64,000 bases of DNA from positions 186,001-250,000 of the forward strand of contig JAPETS010000014.1 of the NCBI GenBank assembly GCA_026023565.1, read 5' to 3'. Below the pieces are notes generated by a model, which was given only the letters and a program-made list of their open reading frames with translations, did not search any database and was not told the DNA's origin. Of the stretch, positions 13,454 through 25,777 are shown one piece after another. A program made the translations under genes and the position numbers. Positions within the stretch are counted from its first letter, which is position 1. Each line of letters begins with the position of its first letter. Source of the stretch: Cirrosporium novae-zelandiae. Taxonomy: Eukaryota.

Positions 13454-14819
13454 ATGTCTCGTGAAGAACAAGCACACTTGAGTCGTCTACACACCAATGA
13501 CCTCGAGCTTGGCTACACCGAGGCTATTCAAAAACATGTTTCGAGGCATGTTGTCCCACCGAAGGCGGTCTCGCAGCGCAAACTTGATTATGAGCATTGG
13601 AGACCAAGATTCCTTCGAGAATGCATAGCCGAAGCAACTGGAGTCTTCTTTTACGTGTTGGTGCTTTCTTTCTTTTGTCCCAAGCCCGCAATCCCTTTTT
13701 GTTCTGATGGTGGGGCTTTCTCCAACTAAGGCATATTGGCCCATAGTTTCCCAGGGATAGCTGCGATAGCAACATTTACGATCAATAGCACCGACTCCCT
13801 TGGTGTGGCGGCATTTGGGAGTATCCTACAGATCGGTTGGGCATTTTCACTCGGCATTGCCTTTGCCATCATTACCTGCGCTCCAACATCTGGAGGTCAT
13901 TTTAACCCAGCTGTCACGATCTGTTTGGCTATATGGTCCGTCAATTGCCCACGATATCGTAGTTCAGTGCTGACATGAGTAAAAGGCAAGGATTTCCATG
14001 GAAAAAAGTACCTCATTGTGAGTCCATTTCCCCTGCTCCTTTCTTGTAGGTAGAGCCAGTTACTAAAAGTCGCTGTTAGACATATTCTCCCAGATCTTCG
14101 GCTCCTTTGCCGCAGGCTTGCTCATGGTTGGTATGTACTGGCCAGAGCTCTCAGCCTTTAAAGCAGAAACGCTTGCAAAAGGTGGCTCCCTGACCGGATT
14201 TGGCTCCCCTGCCAGTACGCTTTGCACATTTCCCCTGCGGACCCAAACAAATCAGGGATATCTATTCATGACCGAATTTTTCGTCGATAGTTTTATTGTC
14301 AGTCATCCTTGCTGTGGACCTTCATCTTGGTGATTCTGACTAATGTCTGTATGATCTCAATAGGGAATTGTAATTTGGTCCTGTCTCGACCCGGCAAACC
14401 CTTTTGTAACTCCCGCCTCGGTCCCCTTCACCATCGGTCTCGCGTACGGTACTATGATTTGGGGGTTCGCTGGCATCTCCGTCTCCACCAACTTGGCCCG
14501 TGACCTTGGTACTCGAATTGTGGCTGCCATCTTTTTTGGCTCAGGAGCCTTTACAGATGATAATGGGTACTGCTGGATCGCGATTCTTGTGAATGTGCCT
14601 GCAACCCTTTTTGCGACATCCTTTTATGAGGCGGTGCTAAGGGACAGTTTGAAGATGATTGGGAATGGGAGAGCAATGCATAAGGAAGGGGAAGAAGGAC
14701 TGAAGAGACATCTGAGCAAGGTGGGGGCAATTAATAAAGCGGGAATGGAGAATTCGCCTTCGAGGGATTTGAAAAAGGAGGAAACAAATGACAGCAGCTA
14801 CAACGGGAGCACTTCATAG
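13454..14819 (+). CDS. Aquaglyceroporin (MIP family)
   Basis: SGGHFNPAVT and STNLARDLGTR boxes (Asp after the second box is the glyceroporin mark); LRECIAEATG in TM1; four introns join exons in frame. Confidence 0.92.
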
Positions 14820-15562
14820 ACTGAAGACAGGGATTACGCCTCGTGAGCTGACATCCTCGGTTACCAATAAAGGAAGACTCGGATTGAGGGGGGTCTTTTT
14901 TATACAAGATTTTGTGAATATATACCTAGGTACATACGATCTTAGTTTCTAATTTTCTCATCATCTCGAGCGTTGGCTTTCTATCGACAGAGACGTTAAT
15001 GCTGTCACTATCAACAATGTCAAAGATTGGCTGCTGAAGCGGACCAGATAGTCTGGCACCACGTATCGTTGTCAGTCAATATATCAACATGAAGGATGCT
15101 GAGAGATATGATAATTTCTTTAATAGTAGATGATATAGAAAGTAAAGATAGATATCCCTTCCTCCGAAGATGTCGACCCCACAACAAGAGGCAAGCGGCG
15201 GTCGGTGGATGTTCCAAGCTCGAAAGAGACCAAAATTCAAAGGAAAGAATAGGCGAGAAAGTGACATCAACTCGGCTTCAAAAGTAAAGGTAGGTAGTTA
15301 TAACCCAACAAAGCAAAAAAAAAAAGCCCTACTTATTCTAGTACTTTGGTAGAGTCATACTTTAATTCTTTCCAACTGCGACAAGTCTTTCATGCCATGC
15401 TCAACCCTGCATCCTACCATTTTTGCCCAAGCCTTTCCAAGACCCCCCTTGAGAATACTGCTGCCGTCAATTGCCCTCAAGTCCAGAAACAGAGACAAGT
15501 CGTATGTCCATAGCTTGGTGGAGGAATCGAGAATATCATCACAAACTGCTGTTGGCGCAAAC

Positions 15563-16869
15563 ATGACGAGAGAAGGTGAGCACCCTACTATGGATATCTA
15601 TAGCTCTGTACCCCGATTAGGATTTACTAATAGTACCTCTATTTCCTTTAATTCATTTGTCATATTAGCTAATTCTCTCGGACAGACTCTTCCCCCACTA
15701 CTCCCACAGGGGCCACTCCAACCCCCTCTACCCAACCAGATGGCTTCGATATCGTCAACACCTACAGCCATCTCCTCCTCACAGACCCAGATCTGACAAT
15801 GCCCGTGGCAGCCATCGAATCCCTCATAACGCTCCTCTCTACAACCCCTCTAACGACCATTTCGGAAACTCTTTCCCTCCTCTCCTCAGCCTCCACAACC
15901 CTCAAGAACTCGGTCCCAAACCCAATCTCCCTCTCCGCCGGAACCGACCTCTTCCAGCGCTATCTAATCACCCAGCTGCAGGCGCACAGGAACGCAATAG
16001 GTCGCGCAGGTGGTGCCGATCCCGCGGGCGACTTCAGAGCCATCCGAAATCACCTCCTCACAAACGGCCGTCTCTTCGTGCAGCGGGCGAAAGCTTCGCG
16101 CGAGAAAATTGCCCGTTTCGGTCGCGGCTTTATCCGCGACGGGACCACGGTTCTCACAAACGGCGGTAGTAGGGTCGTCGGTGCACTTCTAAAAGCCGCG
16201 GCCACGAGCTCAGGCTCCGCCCATTCGACACCTGGCTCTGGTCCCGGAGGCCCACGGTTCAGGGTAATCTACGTGGCGCCAGACCTCCCGTCCTTGTCGG
16301 ATCCATCATCCAACTCCACACTCACCCCAGGCCACACACGCCTAAGCCTTGACCCCACCATCTCCACCCTCCGCGCTCTTCATGTCCCCGTAGCCGTAAT
16401 ACCCTTCTCCGCCATTGCATCTACCCTCCCTATGATCTCAATGGTCATTGTCGGCGCCGAAGGCGTCGTCGAAAACGGTGGCATCATAAACCGCCTCGGC
16501 ACGTACCAGCTAGGCCTCCTAGCCAAGAGCGCAGGAAAACCATTCTATGTCGTTGCCGAAAGCCACAAGTTCGTGCGGATGTACCCACTCGGACAGGGGG
16601 ATTTGGGACTGCAGCAACGGGTTGTGGAGTTCATGACGGGAGTAGAGGAGGAGGGGAAGGGGTTAGAGGTGGTGAGGGATGAGGGGGGTGTTAAAAAGGT
16701 CGCGACGGCGAACGGGGAGACGATGGCTGAGAAAGATGTCAAGCCCGAAGCTAGGTTAGAGGAGGCGGTTGATTTCACCCCGCCGGATTTGATTTCGGCG
16801 TTGATTACTGAAGGTGGCGTTTTGACGCCCAGCGCCGTTTCTGAGGAACTTATTAAGATATGGTTTTGA
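15563..16869 (+). CDS. GCN3: Translation initiation factor eIF2B alpha subunit
   Basis: ATG 15563, one intron (~15576-15685) gives MTREDS...FDIVNTY...DPDLTMPVAAIESL; VGAEGVVENGGIINRLGTYQ, KPFYVVAESHKFVRMYPL, VDFTPPDLI, LTPSAVSEELIK. Confidence 0.95.
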
Positions 16870-17475
16870 TCCTTCTGTTCCTCGGAGTCTATATTTTGAC
16901 TTGGGGGGGAGGTATAGGAAAGTGAGGGGCAAAAAAAAAGAGAAAAGCTTCTCGTCGGGATATAAGGTGCTTTGAGATGGGATGATGAAATCCTTATGTT
17001 ATGAATGCATTTACGAGGCGTTTTTTTGAATGAATCAGCGTGTTAGAGTTCAAGGAAATATGGAGATCTAAACCATTGGGCTGATATGGATGGTGGAATA
17101 CTATAGGGATTTTTCCAAGCAACTTGATTTGAGGTCAGAACCAAGTGCAAATGAACAGATTATAAGATGGCTAGCTGCAAGCGTTCTTGGCCTGTTCTAA
17201 AATACCTACATACATAAGGTATGTGGGATGCGGCTGCATATCTTTTCCTGTTTTTATTCCTTGCAATAATCTAGGCCCATGCTCCCTTTGAATGCGCTTC
17301 ATAGCAGCCATTCTAATGCAGTTAAGTTAATCCATGGTGGTATCATCCTTGCGCCCCTTCCAAGATCATATTTTCACTTCCTTGATCGGAATAATCCAAC
17401 GCCTAGTTCAAAGTAGCCACCGTTATACCAATGCTAGTATTAACAGCACCTAATTCCTTATTCGTCCAGAACCTA

Positions 17476-18820
17476 CTAATATCCTTTTAGTTGCACAATC
17501 TTTGTCACATCCTCCCTAGCTTCCGCGATCCTGCCTGCCATACGGACAATGGCGCCCTCCACCTCTGAAAACGCCATTCCTAACTCTTTGATTTGATTTT
17601 GCGCAGGGAGATGTCCACCTGAGATGGCTAGCTGTTGAGCCTCGTATCGCATTGTCTGCTCGCGGGCTTGTAGATGGTTCTCCACATTTAGGAGAATCTT
17701 CTTATAATCTTCAATTGACTTGCCCATCTTCTCGAGTTCTTTGTTGAAGTATGCAATAATTTCAGGGGAGGGATCCTCACCGTCTGAAGTGGGTAGACGG
17801 GAGCCCGTAACTGTAGCTGCTTGGGCGGCAGGGTGATTCCAGAGACCTTGAGTTTGGTATTGCTGGGGGAAGCGGAGCGCATCTATCGCCCTGAAGATTT
17901 TCTGGGCATCATCGACATCGCCTTTCATTAGGAACCGAACGTTATCTATAGACGCAGCGTCGTTCTCGAGGGCGTGTTGCATGTTTTGAACCTTATAAGT
18001 TAGGTACTCGACCTCCACAGGAATGTTGTCGATTGTGCTGCCAATTCTTTGCATCAGAACATCACATTCCTCCTTGTTCTTGATCTGAGACTGAATGTAT
18101 TCATCAATTTTCTCGAGGTCTTTCTGCAGGTTTTCGTCAAGGTCGTTGAAGCGAGTGGTAGGCTTTATGTTGCTAAGGTCGATGCGGACACCGGGAATCA
18201 TGCCCTGGACAAATTGGGCAGGTGTCATATTGGAGCCATATTGGAGTGGAGGGGCTGCGATAGGCTGCGACGGGGCTGCTTGAGCAAAAAGGGAAGCCCG
18301 TTGATTTTGGGCAAGTGGTTGCTGGGTGTTCAGGCTTTGGGAACTGTAAATAGCGTTAATACGTATTTTCTTTCTAACTGGAGATACGTACAAGATGGAT
18401 GGCTTGTTCTGAGCATTCATACTTCCAAGGAGACCTTGTCCTTGATTTTGACTTTGACCAAACAGGCCTCCGCCCTGGGTTTGGTTCGAGCTTTGCTGCT
18501 GCTGACTCTGGCCGAAAAGACCTCCTGGTTGTTGTGACTGGGATTGATTGTTCACATTTCCAAATATTCCTCCTCCTGATGGGTTGTTTTGAGTATTGCC
18601 GAAAAGACTACTACCACCAGCATTTGATTGAGCATTTCCAAAGAGCCCCCCACCCTGCTGTGGTTGAGGTTTGGTGGAAGTGCCACTTTTTTTTTTAAAA
18701 TAGAGCGGCCTCATCAGTACTGATCATATGAGTTTAGATAGCAAATCCAAAAACTTACAAAGCATTCGCAGCTCCAGTATTCAGGCTAAGACCAGGAGCT
18801 TTATTTCCAAATAGTGACAT
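17476..18820 (-). CDS. NUP49: FG-nucleoporin Nup49/Nup58 family
   Basis: N-terminal GGLFG/SLFG repeats, RIDLSNIKPTTRFNDL, then coiled coils; first exon MSLFGNKAPGLSLNTGAANA followed by gtaagt donor. Confidence 0.85.
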
Positions 18821-19173
18821 GGTCGCCACTTGTTCTTGAATGACTGAACTTGAGGGTAGAGTGATTGGAGAAGAGCTTGGTATAGGAAGGCAGGCAGAGT
18901 TGGCAGTAGAAACGGGGATTGTAAAAGCGACCTTCTTCTTCTTCCCAGTATTGTTTCCGTCCTTGGGGTCTTTACTGGATTTCATCTTGATCGGTAATTT
19001 TATCTTCCGAGGGCGGTGAAAATATCAGCCAATCGGCTCATTCTAGAAACTGCCGACGCTGAGAGCTTCAACCACAGCTTGAGAATTGGCTTAGTACCTA
19101 ATACCGAATATATCGGCACGTCTGAGGCCTTACTCACAAATATTTTCTTTGTTCGTTTATTCACCTGCACAAC

Positions 19174-20374
19174 ATGGATGAAGATGACGACGATATGTAT
19201 GCTCCTAGTGAGACTGTAACGCCAATTCCTGACCCTGCGCAACCAAAGCCTGCTCAAACCGGAACAAATGAAGGTGCAGAAAACAAACTGCACGACGAGC
19301 TTGAGGAAGGCGAAGAGGAAGAGGAAGAAGAAGAAGAAGAAGAAGAAGAAGTTGAAGAAAGTGATTCTGTAGGTTTCAAATGCTCGGCATAGACTGCGGA
19401 GAATTCAACGTTTGCTAAATGTTCAAATAGGATATCGATATTATCACAGAGCACAAAGATGGATCTATGCCAGAGCCCCCGCCGTATGTTACTCTCCATC
19501 CTGCATCAGACCCCATAGCTCACAATATCTAGAAATTCAAGACTTGGTCACGGCAGAGTCCCACCAGCAAGACCTGCATCCACGGATATGTCTTTCAAAT
19601 CCCAAACTCCAGCAGTCAAACCAGAACCATTGTCTAAAGCTACCCCAACATCTGGCATGTCTTTTCAGTCGGGCACAGAGTATCCCCCTGTTAAGGTCTC
19701 AACAATTGATATCGATGCAAACCCGACCCATGATGCGACCGGAAAACCGATTACTGAAGTAGATCTTGATGCCGGTAAGTGTATTTGTTCCATTCTATGA
19801 TACTACGACATCTGATGGATATTTAGATTTTGGAGAAAATGATAAGCCTTGGCGACGCCCAGGTTCCGACATAACTGATTACTTCAATTATGGCTTCGAT
19901 GAATTTACTTGGGCAAGTTACTGCCTTAAACAGAAAAATATTCGGAAAGATGTAGGAGACCAGAAAAAACAGATGGAAGAGATGCAGGCTTTCCTTACTA
20001 TGCCCGGGATGCCTGGTTTACCTGCCATGCCTGGGGCTCAAGGGAGTATGTCTGCTATCCCCGGAATGCCAGATCCTGCAAATATGCCGCCAGAGATGAT
20101 GCAGCAAATGATGACTCAAATGATGCCTCAGGGACAAGGTATGGATCCAGCACAGATGGACCCGGCAATGTTTATGCAGCAGATGTCGCAAATGATGCAA
20201 CAGGGTGGGCAAAACGGCGCCCCAAATACGGCACAAGGTTTCAATCAAGGAGGGCCAGGCCAAGGGCAACAGCAGATGGGTTATGGCTACGAGAACATGG
20301 GCCGAGATGGTCCTCGGATGCAGCAGGGCAACTTTACTGGGAGAGGCAGAGGAACCGGGAGACGGAACTGGTAA
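19174..20374 (+). CDS. FIP1: Pre-mRNA polyadenylation factor Fip1
   Basis: Acidic N-terminus; Fip1 motif [30 protein letters not shown]-rich tail; three short introns. Confidence 0.93.
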
Positions 20375-22685
20375 TCATATCGTAGTCATTTTCGATGCAT
20401 GGAATGGATGGTCAATCTGGGGAACAATCAGTCATCAACGGGAGTGACTTTTGCCTTTTGGAACGGCGAATAGGGGTATGGGAACCCTAAGGATACGAAT
20501 CCTACCTTCAAGGATTACAAATAGGTTATTCAAGATATACCCTGATACACTGGTAATAATGGCTCTTTATCTAAGAGAAGTAATGATTTTCATGAAGGCA
20601 CAAATGATTACTCCAGGCATTCAATATCTTTTATAGGTACTCAAATAGTATATCTATAGTACCTGCAGACTTTGAAAAGGCACATAGTGATCAGACTTTC
20701 AACCGGCTGTATATTTCAGAATGGCTTGGCGAACTTTCTTTAGACAACAAAACCGGACGCCCTATATCTACCTACATTCCCTCCAGTCCTTTCTCTAAAA
20801 TATTTCCCAGCCATAGAAATCTAGGGTTCTTACAACGAGTCCAGAGGGTGATATTTTCTCTCCACTTCTTATCAACTTTGCAGACTCCCTGCTAAGAGAA
20901 TGAATGGAATCCATTCACTTACAATCCTTTAGATAATGGAGGTAACATCGACGCATGTGTGTCATAATTTTTCATTATATTAAATTTGAATATCTTTCCT
21001 GCGACTGTATCTTTCTTCAGGGAATCATCAATCTGTGAATACTCAATGCCATTCTATGTTTGTTTTTAAAAGTGAATCCAGTGACCCTTTCCCTCTATAT
21101 TATATTTAGATGTTGTTTTCGTCCGCTTGCAAGATCCCCCTTCATTTGGAAAAAAATTTCAATTTCGGAATACCACCATGCTCCCATATGTTTCAAACAT
21201 CATAAGGAGGTTTTGTATCAATCATTCTAGAACTAACACTCAGCCCGTGCCTATTTCTAGCTTGAGAAATACTTATATCCTTTCCTCCGATAGTCGATAC
21301 GAATCGTTTCCACGATGGCAAATGGCTAGCCCTCTGAAGAATGATATAAGTATCGATCGGTGACATGTTAGGAACCTAGCAAGAGCCCAAAAACTGGAAC
21401 CAAAGCGAATACGCTCCAAGGATTTGTACTTGACTAGATCGGGGCCTATTATTCCAAGAATTAATATCTTCCTAATTATTCTGGGGTATGATGAACTGAC
21501 TCAACTTTTGTGCCACCATTTGTCCTCCAGATATCTTCTATTTCCTAAACATGCCAGTAGACATTGTGTCTTTATGCGATATGACTCTATGTAAGCGGTG
21601 AACTTCTTCCTGGACTCCGGTTATTTCCCCCACCTCTTAACTTGTATTGATATTGGCCCTGAAGAATGTTAGCACACAAATTCCATGTTCTCAGGTATCT
21701 CAAAAGGAAAGCAGCCAGGGAAGTCGATATGTAAAAGTCTTGATACGATGGCAAGTGACCGGGAACCGATACTTTGAATAGAGGGCTCGGGCGTTGGTTC
21801 AAGTGAAAGTAAGGACGACTTCATGGATATACTCAGTACACATTCTATATGTTGGTTAAGAGAGATTTGCTGGTTTATGATAGAGTGACAATAGGCTAAC
21901 TTCATTTCTATCAATGGTCACATTCAACCATGACAATAGGTTTGTATTAGTATATAGCGTCTTACCCACTTCTTACCTACTGCTCAGCTTTCCCTCTGCT
22001 ATTAAGCACGGACCTAAAGGTTCGTGAATGTGAATATATGCTATGTGATAGTTGCCAAGGCTATCAATAGAAGAACGGTGAATTCTTCGCACCTCTTCTT
22101 AGGCCTTTTTCTATCGAGATTGAGAATCATCTAACCTTTACTTCGAAACACACTCGAAAGATACTACAAAAAATATTTTATTTACAGACTGCCTCCTATC
22201 ATACCTGCCCGTTTCTAAATCTGATATTTACCAGCGTCGAAATTAGTGATATCTCTGCGCACCAGGTTTGTGCGCATACGAACAGCGACATATTTAAATA
22301 CAGGTATGTCTGTTTAAATTATCACCTTCCAGCAAGACTTTCGTGTCAATCTAAACATGGCTGACTATTTCTGAGAAGTTATAGGTGCTAAGTTTTGTGC
22401 TCCTTGTATCAATAGATAGATAACACTACAGTACGTCGCCCCATCAATGTTACTCTCTATCGTGCGTTTTTTACACTATCCATTACAATGATCATTTTGT
22501 GAATCAACAGGACTAGTGAGTGTTGGCTTGCTCCTGAAAGTAAACCGATGCTTCATGAAAAGAGTCTAATCATGTATTATACCCATGTCGCACTTTGATG
22601 CATTGAAATATATTTGACATTTTGTAATAGCTATGCTATCAATGCTTAGCGCTTTATACTGACTTAAATTCATGGTTGAAAAGTT

Positions 22686-24740
22686 ATGGAACAACAGGAC
22701 ATGAAACATGAACTGGGTAGTGAAGATACCAAACATCAAGTGCTCAAACCTACCGAAAGACCACCTTTCGAGGGTTTAGCTTTACCCACCATCCCGAATA
22801 ATCCTGCGTTAAAGATACAAAGCGTGCGACAAGCCGAGGAATGGCTTTCAAGGCATGCTCGAGTAGGTTCCCAGCAAACCATCAGGGCCGACGATGAAAC
22901 CATTCCAAGAAGCCCTAGACAACAAGCCTACTTCGTAGCTTTGATGGTGGCCTCTTTAGAAGACATGGCCACCGCAGAAGACAACCAAAAAGCACAGGAA
23001 ACTTACAAGAGAGGACAAAAGGGCAAAGAATTTTTGGAAGCTCATAGTTGGCGCATGCTGGTAATTATAGCAATTGTGGTATGTCGTATTATCTCCTCGT
23101 ACTAACCTTTGATTCTTAGGATTTTATGATGAAGAAGTTTGAGGTTGGAATGGGCAGTTTGTTATCTATCCCTAGAGGTGAGAATGGGAACACGTTCAAA
23201 GAAAGATGGTACAACATGTGCAGAGTAGTCAAGGTAAGGTCAATGATTTTATTTGAAAAACCTAGAACCTGAAATACATGTTGGTGTTGTGTTAGTTCTG
23301 AATAACTGATTTGGTTTGTTCTAGGCACGGAAGAGCATTGCTAGGCGCTTGCTTGATGAACCAATGTTGGAATCATTTGTGCAGGATCCTCTCCATCATG
23401 GATGGAGAGCAAGGAATAATCAGTCACTAAATGGATCTAAAGCGGAAATATTTAAGCTCGGCACTCAAGTCAGGTTGGAGCAAGAAAAACAGCAGCCGGA
23501 AGGAGGAGGTCCTAAGAAGAGGGTTTCTAAAAAAAGAAAAAGGGCCGTGGTATCCAGTGGCCGTCATCCTCCACCTTGTTCTATATCAACTCCTGCTCCG
23601 GATACCCCGCCCCTTATCTCTACCCCAGCCCCGATTATGATGAGACCAGACAGCTACGACCCGATTTCTAACACTCCAATTGATCCTGCGCTAGAGCCCG
23701 AGAATTCCATGCTAGCAGTCAACAGTGTTGACACGAATAATCGACCAGCAATTTCTCATGTTGAACATGATCATAACAAATATAATTTGAACTTGTTCGG
23801 AAATCAGGTTGGTGGATATTCAGGGAATTTTTACAATACACCCGCTACACAATTATCGTACAATACTCCAGCGGTCGAAACTGAACAAAACTACCGATGT
23901 CCTTACTGTCAGCTACCAACGTCATTTGCAAATATTGCTTCCTTGGTAAATCATACGCAATTAGCCCATGTCCAGCAGCTTGCACAGAACGATACCTTGA
24001 TAAAGAATGTACAAACCGAAATGGGGAATAATTTTCTTACCGATCATGCAATCTCTTTGGAAGCACCTACATACCCATTGACCGGTCCTGAAAATTATGG
24101 CAATGGTTTATCAGACCACATTTCCAATGCATTCACCAATCATTCAGGAACAAACTACAGTGTACGCAATAATTTAATTCCTCAAAATATCAACAATGAT
24201 ATTAATGCATTTCCCATGGTTCAAGCCGGAAACGGGGGATATCTTGGAAGTGATATCTCCGATATCGATGACAATACTATGTCTGACAGTGATTTGGAGC
24301 TCTCTAGACTCCTACAAGCAGCAATTAATGACGATGGAACGTTAAAGACACCTCAACCCCTGCCACAAAGTATTCCCATGGATGGGAATAGTCAATATCT
24401 ATCACAGATGGCTACTCCGCAGACACAGCCAACCACTTCTGCATACTCTACTCCATCCGGGAACAACTACAGCCAAGGGTATTCTATGAAACCACTCCAA
24501 GATGCTTATAACGAATCATCTCTCGCTCTAACATTGAATCCCGACCACCAACAAATTTCAAGCCAGGTATTCAATGGTTCTATGGGTATCCAGAACGTTC
24601 AAGATCTAGAACCCTCATTTTACGGTCAGCCTGGATTTTACAATTCATGGGCAGCAAACACTCATCAAAATGGAGGGTCTTATGAATGTGATAGCTATGA
24701 TGCAATGAAGTATGGAGAAAATAAGAGGCGGAGGTGTTAG
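22686..24740 (+). CDS. Uncharacterised fungal protein: N-terminal helical domain, basic NLS, single C2H2-like finger, long N/S/Q-rich disordered tail
   Basis: Introns 23061-23119 and 23234-23324 give a continuous frame (..HSWRML|DFMMKK..NMCRVVK|ARKSIARRLLDE..); PKKRVSKKRKR; CPYCQLPTSFANIASLVNHTQLAH. Confidence 0.75.
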
Positions 24741-25777
24741 TGAACACCTCAACCAATTGTGAAATTGACTTGTTTTGAAAGTCGTTCACACACGTTTACT
24801 TCTGCCCTCTATTTGCGTTTCTTGCCTTATTTATGCATATGAATAGCTCTTACTGCTTATTTTTCAGGGGAAATTCCCCTTGTTCTCCCCATTCGCTATC
24901 TTTAGCGATAGGGCTAGCATGTACTATTGCTAGGATCATATTTATTGATCGAAACAGCAACTGCGGCAGGCTATGAAAGCCGGATTCATATCTGTCCGCT
25001 TAACGTTGGAGAATCTTATTGTTGGACACAATGAACACGTTGGAAGGCTACAGCAGATTAGCAGATTCAGGTTTTTCTGTGTATCTGTTAGAGTATGCTG
25101 TACTCTCAAGCCTGCCTTCCTACATTGCATTGCTCCCACATTCTCCCTCTTTCCTAGTGTATCAAACCTCACATGAATTATGGCGATTTGCAAATTCTAC
25201 CCTTACCCTGCATGCTAGCTTGAATTGGAAATTTATGGCCTTTAGCAGAGTCAAGTCTTTATGTGTATCTCTTGAGGTGCACTATGGCGTGAAACCATTT
25301 GACATCTGCATTTCTTTTTCTAAGCAGTTATTTGCCTATAGCGTTTCACATATTTTTGTTTTTATGTGGATTATTTACCATAGCTAGTTGGATACCTTAA
25401 GCAAGGAGTTTTGATAATTTGCTTTTAGGATAGAAAATGAATAGTTACGACTACCAAATTTGTTGGCCTTAGAGTAAATTCCAATGTAAATTCAGGTACA
25501 TGTAGGTCGTAGGGCTACCCATGTAAGGCAAGCCGTCACAAACTCCGCAAATCTCCGTCACCCCCTCCCCCCACATACTCCCCTCCCTTTAGCTCTAACC
25601 ACATTGCCCCCCACCTTGGAACTTGACCATCAATAAATATCTGTGCAATTTCATTCCTATCTAGAAAGACTAGAAAGAAAGAAACCTCCGCATAACAATT
25701 TTGATATTGTTGAAATTCATCTTGCCAACTGATGTGAAGTATCATCAAGCAAATTTAGAACTTAAATTCCTTTCAAA

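Noticed and set aside
16980..17085. GATGATGA...CTGA as a possible C/D snoRNA
   Set aside because: Lies in the probable GCN3 3' UTR; no terminal stem or recognisable rRNA guide
24866..24909. Two small hairpins after the orphan gene
   Set aside because: 6-bp stems are expected by chance, and intrinsic terminators do not apply to Pol II genes
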